From Candidatus Omnitrophota bacterium (GTDB taxonomy: Bacteria; Omnitrophota; Gorgyraeia; Duberdicusellales; 4484-171), in contig JBAWWL010000007.1 in assembly GCA_037146775.1 (NCBI GenBank), positions 65,536 to 129,535 of the forward strand: a DNA stretch of 64,000 bases, read 5' to 3'. The position numbers and the translations under genes were made by a program. Below are positions 58,491 through 64,000 of the stretch, piece after piece; within the stretch, counting starts at the first letter, position 1, and each line of letters starts with the position of its first letter. The notes under the pieces are model-generated. The model was not told the DNA's origin, did not search any database, and worked only from the letters and a program-made list of their open reading frames with translations.

Positions 58491-58982
58491 TTGAAGACAA
58501 TTTTTATTTTTTGGTTGTTTTTGTTTGCTTTAAGCGCGGTTGTCTATAGCGAACAGGTAAGCAGGATTGAATTAAATGATGGCAGCGTAATTAATGGCCA
58601 AATAGTTTCTTATATAAATGGAGTTTATACTATAAATACCGGTACCCTTGGAGAAATAAAAATAGAGGCAGCTAAGATTTCTAAGATTGAGACAGCAAGC
58701 GCTTCTTCGTCTAGTACGTCCGTGAATCCCGACGCCCAAATAGGTAATATCAGTAAATCGCAAGTCGATAGCTACCGGCAGACAATAATGAGCAATCCGG
58801 AAAACGCGTCTATCGTTACGGGGTTAGCAACAGATCCTGAAATCCAAGAGTTAGCCAAAGATCCGCAGATTATAGATGCGGCAAAAACAGGCGATATTCA
58901 GGCTTTGATGAAAAACGAAAAATTCATGAGTATCATCAACAGCTCTAAAATGAAAGAAGCCATCAAAAAACTCAAGCAATAG
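58491..58982 (+). CDS. secreted hypothetical protein
   Basis: signal peptide (IFIFWLFLFALSAVVYS); RBS 'aaggaggt'. Confidence 0.5.
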   Translation: MKTIFIFWLFLFALSAVVYSEQVSRIELNDGSVINGQIVSYINGVYTINTGTLGEIKIEAAKISKIETASASSSSTSVNPDAQIGNISKSQVDSYRQTIMSNPENASIVTGLATDPEIQELAKDPQIIDAAKTGDIQALMKNEKFMSIINSSKMKEAIKKLKQ

Positions 58983-59137
58983 CTTTTTTTAATCCTCTGC
59001 GATACCGCATTGTCATCTATCCAAACGCTTCGCGGCAAGGCCTTGGGGGTTGGATGAGACTGCCAAAGGTTTTAATTTTCTGCTAATATTTTAAATGATT
59101 TCATGATTACTCAAATGTGTTTAGGTGCGTTTGATAG

Positions 59138-59153
59138 AGTGAAAAATTTCACT
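59138..59153. promoter_or_regulatory. Rex operator box 1 (aGTGAAaaatTTCACt)
   Basis: matches the Rex consensus TTGTGAA-N4-TTCACAA in its half-sites GTGAA/TTCAC; upstream of rex. Confidence 0.6.
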
Positions 59154-59275
59154 GATTATTGAAATATAAAAGTATTCATAAACCATTCATTTATATATGG
59201 TAGTGCATTTTTAGCTAAAATTCATATAAAAGCCGATAATAAAATACTTGACAGAAAGGAAAAAATGTGTTAAAA

Positions 59276-59292
59276 AGTGAAAAAATTCACTG
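59276..59292. promoter_or_regulatory. Rex operator box 2 (aGTGAAaaaaTTCACtg)
   Basis: second GTGAA-N4-TTCAC palindrome 13 nt upstream of the rex start; consistent with autoregulation. Confidence 0.6.
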
Positions 59293-59304
59293 ATAAAGAG
59301 GTCT

Positions 59305-59937
59305 TTGGGATTTATGAAACTATCAAATCCAACAATTGAGAGAATTTGTAAGATTTTTGGCTATCTTGACCTTTTAGACAAAAAAGGAATTGAGTTTGTT
59401 TCTTCGCGCGAACTTGCTAAGGCTAGCGGTGCTACTGAGTATACAGTACGCAAAGACATAAGTCTTTTAGGAGCTAGCCGTCACGATCGCAAGGGTTATA
59501 AGGTAAAAATTTTGAAAACAGAATTAGGAGAAACTTTCCATTTAAATAAGAAACGCAAAGCTTGTATTGTCGGCTTGGGCAGGCTAGGTACGGCTCTTCT
59601 TGATTATGAAAAATTTCAGGAAGATGGATTTGAAATCGTAGCGGGATTCGATAGAAGTATAAACAAAATTGAGCGCTTATGTACGCATATTGACGTTTTT
59701 CCCGTAAGCTCACTTGCGGAGGTCATTGCGCAGCGCGGTATTGAGCTGGGTATTATCGCGGTGCCGCAAGAATCCGCTCAAGAAGTTGCCGATAAATTGA
59801 TTGAGGCAGGGGTTAAGGGAATTTTAAGTTTTTCTCCGGAAAAAATTAATGTACCCAAGGATATTATGTATTTGGACATAGATTTTACCAGTTCGTTGAG
59901 GTTTATCGCGGTTAAATTTTCGATGGGGGAAGGATAA
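59305..59937 (+). CDS. rex: redox-sensing transcriptional repressor Rex
   Basis: N-terminal winged helix 'SSRELAKASGATEYTVRKDISLLG'; Rossmann 'KACIVGLGRLGTALLDY'; 'GILSFSP' C-terminal region. Confidence 0.85.
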   Translation: MGFMKLSNPTIERICKIFGYLDLLDKKGIEFVSSRELAKASGATEYTVRKDISLLGASRHDRKGYKVKILKTELGETFHLNKKRKACIVGLGRLGTALLDYEKFQEDGFEIVAGFDRSINKIERLCTHIDVFPVSSLAEVIAQRGIELGIIAVPQESAQEVADKLIEAGVKGILSFSPEKINVPKDIMYLDIDFTSSLRFIAVKFSMGEG

Positions 59938-60078
59938 TTATTAACATAGATTCCGTTTCGTCCTTATGCGCCAAAATTATGTTTCATAATTTCGGCGGGC
60001 TTAACGGGATTAATTCGGCCAGGTAATTTTTCATCACCTACGGTTTGAAAAATTACGGCCTCATTAAGGAGGTGTGGT

Positions 60079-61161
60079 ATGGCGAGGGTTTATAATTTTA
60101 GCGCAGGCCCGGCAGTTTTACCGGAGGAAGTTTTAAAGAAAGCTGCCAGTGAAATGCTTGATTACAAGGGTAGTGGCATGTCGGTCATGGAAATGTCGCA
60201 CCGGGGAAAAGAGTTCACCGCGATCATTGAAAAAGCCGAGGCTAACTTGAGAGAGATCATGGGTATTCCCGCCAATTACAAGGTTCTTTTTATGCAGGGT
60301 GGGGCAAGTTTGCAGTTTGCGATGGTGCCATTGAATTTAATAGGAAAAAATAAGAAAGCAGACTATGTGCATACCGGAGAGTGGTCGAAAAAAGCAATTA
60401 GCGAAGCAAAAAAGTTTCTGCAAGTTAATATTATCGCTAGTTCTGAGAAAGAAAATTTCAGCTGTATCCCTAATCTTGACCCGGCTTCTTTTTCCAAAGA
60501 CGCCGATTATTTTTATATTGTGTCCAATAATACCATCGAAGGCACAGCCTACAAGCAGTTTCCCAATACCGGCAGTGTGCCTTTGGTGGCCGATATGTCA
60601 TCCAATATCTTATCCGAGCCCTTGGATGTTTCGAAATTCGGCCTGATTTTTGCGGGAGCGCAGAAAAATATCGGTCCGGCCGGTGTTACGATTGCGATCA
60701 TTCGAGATGATCTTGTGGGTAAAGCCGCCGCGAATGTACCCACGCTCCTTAATTATAAAACATACGCCGAAAATGCTTCATTGTACAATACACCGCCGAC
60801 TTACGCGATATATATTGCCGGTTTAGTTTTTGAATGGACAAAAGAAGTGGGCGGCGTCGCAGCCATGAAGAAACGTAACGAAGAAAAAGCAAAGTTACTC
60901 TATGATTTTATCGATCGTTCCAAACTTTTTAAGAGCCCGGTTAGAAAAGAAGACCGCTCGCTGATGAATATTCCTTTTAGCGCAGGGAGCGAGGAATTGG
61001 AAGCGAAATTTATTGAAGAGGCTTCAAAGAAAGGTTTTAAAACTCTAAAAGGGCATCGTAGCGTAGGTGGAATGCGAGCGAGCATTTATAATGCTATGCC
61101 TTTCGAGGGTGTGCGCGGGCTGGTAAATTTTATGGAAGAGTTTGAAAAGAAAAATGGGTAG
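60079..61161 (+). CDS. serC: phosphoserine aminotransferase
   Basis: '[19 protein letters not shown]', '[10 protein letters not shown]', '[12 protein letters not shown]', '[18 protein letters not shown]' are SerC hallmarks. Confidence 0.9.
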   Translation: MARVYNFSAGPAVLPEEVLKKAASEMLDYKGSGMSVMEMSHRGKEFTAIIEKAEANLREIMGIPANYKVLFMQGGASLQFAMVPLNLIGKNKKADYVHTGEWSKKAISEAKKFLQVNIIASSEKENFSCIPNLDPASFSKDADYFYIVSNNTIEGTAYKQFPNTGSVPLVADMSSNILSEPLDVSKFGLIFAGAQKNIGPAGVTIAIIRDDLVGKAAANVPTLLNYKTYAENASLYNTPPTYAIYIAGLVFEWTKEVGGVAAMKKRNEEKAKLLYDFIDRSKLFKSPVRKEDRSLMNIPFSAGSEELEAKFIEEASKKGFKTLKGHRSVGGMRASIYNAMPFEGVRGLVNFMEEFEKKNG

Positions 61162-61308
61162 ACAATTAGTTTCATTAGGGGTGTTTCCGGGCGCCTTGTT
61201 ACCCGAAAAATCTCTTGCGATATTTTTCGGGAGCGTCTCGGAAGTTAATTCGACTATAACTTTTTTTGTTCGTCTTGCTCACAAAAAACTAAGTCTCATT
61301 AAGGAGGT

Positions 61309-62499
61309 GTGGCTATGTATAAGGTGATGAAACTTAATAATATTGCAGTGGAAGGTTTGGCGCTTTTACCGCTTGATCAATATGAAGTTGGAACTGAAAT
61401 TACGCATCCCGACGCGATTATCCTGCGTAGTTTTGATATGCAAAAAATGGATTTACCCGCTACGCTTCTTGCGGTAGGAAGAGCCGGTGCCGGCGTCAAC
61501 AATATTCCGGTCGAGAAGTGTTCAGAGCGGGGAATTGTTGTTTTTAATACGCCCGGCGCCAATGCGAATGCGGTTAAAGAGCTCACCATTACCGGGATGC
61601 TTCTTGCCTCTCGCGATATCTCGGGTGGCATAACTTTTGCCAAGTCTCTTCTGGGTAAGGGCGAAGCAGTCCCGGAGCTGGTTGAAAAAAATAAAAGTAA
61701 ATTCGCGGGAGTAGAGCTTTTAGGAAAAACCCTCGGCATTATTGGCCTTGGTAAAATCGGCGTGATGGTTGCAAATAGCGCGACAGATTTAGGTATGCAA
61801 GTTATGGGCTATGATCCATATATTTCTGTTGAATCAGCTTGGGGGCTCTCGCGCCAAGTCCAACGTGCGACGAGTCTAGATATGTTGGTTGCCGCAGCGG
61901 ATTATATTTCAATTCATACGCCTTTAACCGATGCAACGCGAGGAATTCTTAACACAGATAAATTTTCACGCATGAAGAAAGGAGTGCGTATACTTAATTT
62001 TTCACGCGGGGGTATTGTAAACAACGACGATTTAGCTTCTGCAATAAAAAATGGTATAGTAGCCTGTTATGTTACCGATTTTCCGGACGATGAACTGCTT
62101 CATATGGATAAGGTGATTGCTGTCCCACATCTCGGTGCTTCTACTGAGGAAGCGGAAACTAATTGTGCGATTATGGTAGTAAAACAGATGCGTGATTTTC
62201 TTGAAAACGGTATTATTAAGAATGCAGTGAATTTCCCTGATTGTAGGCTTGAACAAAATTCAAATGTGCGGTTGATTGTAATGAACAAGAATATACCAAA
62301 TATGGTGGGCCAGGTTTCAACAGTCCTTGCTAAATCCGGGATTAATATCATAGAAATGGTGAACAAGAGTAAGGGAAATTATGCCGCCACCATCATTGAT
62401 ATATCCAGCGAGCCCGATGAGAAGATGATAAAAAATATTTCCGATATTCCGGGGGTTGTAAAGGTGAGGCTTCTTAATTTAACAAAGGAACTATTATAA
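61309..62499 (+). CDS. serA: D-3-phosphoglycerate dehydrogenase (D-2-hydroxyacid dehydrogenase family with C-terminal ACT-like domain)
   Basis: NAD-binding 'LGIIGLGKIGVMVA'; catalytic 'ISIHTPLTDATRGIL'; C-terminal regulatory domain; same RBS context as serC (cattaaggaggtgtgg). Confidence 0.85.
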   Translation: MAMYKVMKLNNIAVEGLALLPLDQYEVGTEITHPDAIILRSFDMQKMDLPATLLAVGRAGAGVNNIPVEKCSERGIVVFNTPGANANAVKELTITGMLLASRDISGGITFAKSLLGKGEAVPELVEKNKSKFAGVELLGKTLGIIGLGKIGVMVANSATDLGMQVMGYDPYISVESAWGLSRQVQRATSLDMLVAAADYISIHTPLTDATRGILNTDKFSRMKKGVRILNFSRGGIVNNDDLASAIKNGIVACYVTDFPDDELLHMDKVIAVPHLGASTEEAETNCAIMVVKQMRDFLENGIIKNAVNFPDCRLEQNSNVRLIVMNKNIPNMVGQVSTVLAKSGINIIEMVNKSKGNYAATIIDISSEPDEKMIKNISDIPGVVKVRLLNLTKELL

Positions 62500-62514
62500 T
62501 AAAGAAAACGCAAT

Positions 62515-62559
62515 GGTTACCCGTCAGGCTTTCGGATGCCAGGTATCGTGAGGGTAACC
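62515..62559 (+). terminator. stem-loop after serA (GGTTACCC...GGGTAACC) without a clear U-tract
   Basis: 8-bp perfect inverted repeat with 29-nt loop. Confidence 0.3.
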
Positions 62560-62684
62560 AATAAAACTGTGATTATGCGGACACGATGTGTGTGGCGATC
62601 CGTTTTTTGCCAGCGGTATTTAAAAGTTACCGCTTCTATACTTTACTTTTAAATTTTTAATAGTATACTTACCAAGAAGGAGGT

Positions 62685-63032
62685 GTGTATATGCAGAAAA
62701 TATTTTTAGTAATGTGTTTTTTTGTATTTGTCGGCGGCGTATGCTTTGCTAAACAGTCCACGACATGTAAAACTGCTTCGCCAGCGGCTGCAAGCAAAAC
62801 TTTTACAGGCAAAGTTACTTTAATATCTTTGGGTGATGCCAAAAAAGCAGCAACGTCGGATATAGCTGTAGTGAATGATAAGGGGCAGGAGATGAGTTTT
62901 GCGGTCAAGAAAGGAACTCCTGTCTTTGGCAAAGACGGTAAATCAATTACTTTGGCTGCAGTAGTCAAGGGTAACAAGGTTATTATAAAGTACACAGTAG
63001 GTAAAATCGAGTCTATTACGGTAATTGAATAG
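62685..63032 (+). CDS. small secreted protein
   Basis: signal peptide (IFLVMCFFVFVGGVCFA); RBS 'aaggaggtg'. Confidence 0.5.
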   Translation: MYMQKIFLVMCFFVFVGGVCFAKQSTTCKTASPAAASKTFTGKVTLISLGDAKKAATSDIAVVNDKGQEMSFAVKKGTPVFGKDGKSITLAAVVKGNKVIIKYTVGKIESITVIE

Positions 63033-63224
63033 TAAACGAACTATTTTGTACGTTACGGCAGGCCAAATTATGACCTGCCGTTTTGTTGTAATATCTATCC
63101 AGCCGCTATTTTTTACGATCATCAATCAGTTTTTTAAATTGCTTACCATTTTGAAAGGGAAATTGTCTTTCTCTTCTTCTGTGATAATATATTATAGAGA
63201 ATTGTTGGCTGGCCAGTATGGAAT

Positions 63225-63806
63225 ATGCAAAGAGGAGGGGGTATGAATAGGAGATGGCGAGGATTAATTATTTTTGTTTCATTATTCTTTTTAAATGTAT
63301 GCAACTTGTACGCCGACGAAATGGAAAGTAAGTTTAAAGATATAATTACACAAATTGCAGCAGATCTCCAGGTTGAGTCTTCTGTGGGCAAAGGATTGGA
63401 GAAGGAGAAGGGCGCAGCCATTGAGAACAATCTTGTTGAGTGCCAAAGCAAATTAAAAAGTCTTATAAAAACTAATCCTCAAAGCATTTGGGCTGACGAT
63501 GCTCAGTACGTAATCGCTATCCTAAGTGCAACCAATCCCAAGCAAGAAGCGTTGGAATTAGAATATTTATTGAAAGAGTATCCCAGTATGCACATTGAAG
63601 ATTGGACGCGAGAAGCTTTCGCAATTGCTATGCCTAACCAGAAAATACCATTTGAAGTGATGGTGAGGCTGCAGTTGTGTATGGATTATAAAAAATGTGG
63701 AGATACTGAAAAGCTTAAGCATATCTGCGAAGAATCAATTAAAAAATATCCAGAGAAAGCAAAAATTTTTGAGAACCTTTTACAGGAAACCGATACTGCC
63801 TCATAA
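63225..63806 (+). CDS. secreted hypothetical protein
   Basis: signal peptide; preceded by a variant of the CTCTGTGATAATATATT palindromic module; RBS 'gaggaggggg'. Confidence 0.5.
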   Translation: MQRGGGMNRRWRGLIIFVSLFFLNVCNLYADEMESKFKDIITQIAADLQVESSVGKGLEKEKGAAIENNLVECQSKLKSLIKTNPQSIWADDAQYVIAILSATNPKQEALELEYLLKEYPSMHIEDWTREAFAIAMPNQKIPFEVMVRLQLCMDYKKCGDTEKLKHICEESIKKYPEKAKIFENLLQETDTAS

Positions 63807-64000
63807 TAAAGAGATGGCTAAAGCGCTATTTTTCGGTAAGTGATGTTATGGTGTGTATCGGTGTCTGAGTGTAGGAAGTCATCCGCCGGCCCAGATAAAG
63901 CCCAAACGGTGCAACAGTATTATAGGACGGAAAAGATATTTTCTTGTGTGAGAGGTTGAACTAATGATGAACGATAACTTAAAGGTAGTAATTCTGGCCG

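Noticed and set aside
60365-60646. 93-aa ORF in an alternative frame within serC. Similarly 18040..18339 within the AAA+ gene
   Set aside because: It overlaps a well-supported conserved gene in another frame, with no independent support.

Overview
This is a low-GC (about 35-38 %) bacterial chromosomal segment. Almost every convincing gene is on the + strand; the only clear - strand gene is a 71-aa XRE-family HTH regulator. Housekeeping anchors are murA (20616..21881) and a rex-serC-serA block (59305..62499). Rex has palindromic operator boxes upstream of its own gene. Everything else looks accessory. An uncultivated or poorly studied low-GC lineage is plausible, but I cannot assign taxonomy from the sequence alone.

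Accessory content, in window order:
- A three-gene cassette (1407..6575) pairs a divergent Hsp70-like ATPase with a large protein ending in a GrpE-like domain. It is bracketed by copies of a dispersed 56-aa zinc-ribbon mini-gene. I consider this the best candidate for an undescribed system.
- A degraded phage packaging module (8607..12796) carries a ParB-N/DNA-methyltransferase fusion, a possible small terminase, a large terminase and an XRE repressor, but no structural genes.
- A DUF2779 nuclease-like gene (14438..15928) has a C-terminal relic about 10 kb away.
- A WYL-domain regulator followed by an AAA+ ATPase, two small ORFs and a MORN/YwqK-like protein (16583..20391).
- A GmrSD/BrxU-like DUF262-DUF1524 type IV restriction gene (22090..23799) flanked by 128-bp direct repeats.
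- A cluster (24716..29909) of an ADP-ribosylglycohydrolase, an HsdR_N-like PD-(D/E)xK protein, an HD-domain small alarmone hydrolase, a further PD-(D/E)xK-like protein and a beta-CASP metallo-beta-lactamase protein, with TPR-repeat proteins between them.
- Many secreted proteins, lipoproteins and TPR proteins from about 29.9 kb onward.
- GC-rich, probably acquired genes: a CARDB-domain protein with a perfect 699-bp internal tandem duplication, a large secreted alpha/beta-hydrolase, and two large secreted TPR-like proteins.

The window is unusually dense in dispersed repeats:
- a zinc-ribbon mini-gene with a conserved 5' context at eight loci, which may mark cassette boundaries;
- a roughly 330-bp structured intergenic element in four copies;
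- a palindromic, promoter-like motif upstream of many secreted-protein genes;
- composite repeats of about 150 bp that flank small gene blocks.

No rRNA, tRNA or CRISPR array was found. Coordinates I derived by hand-counting may be off by 1-2 nt.
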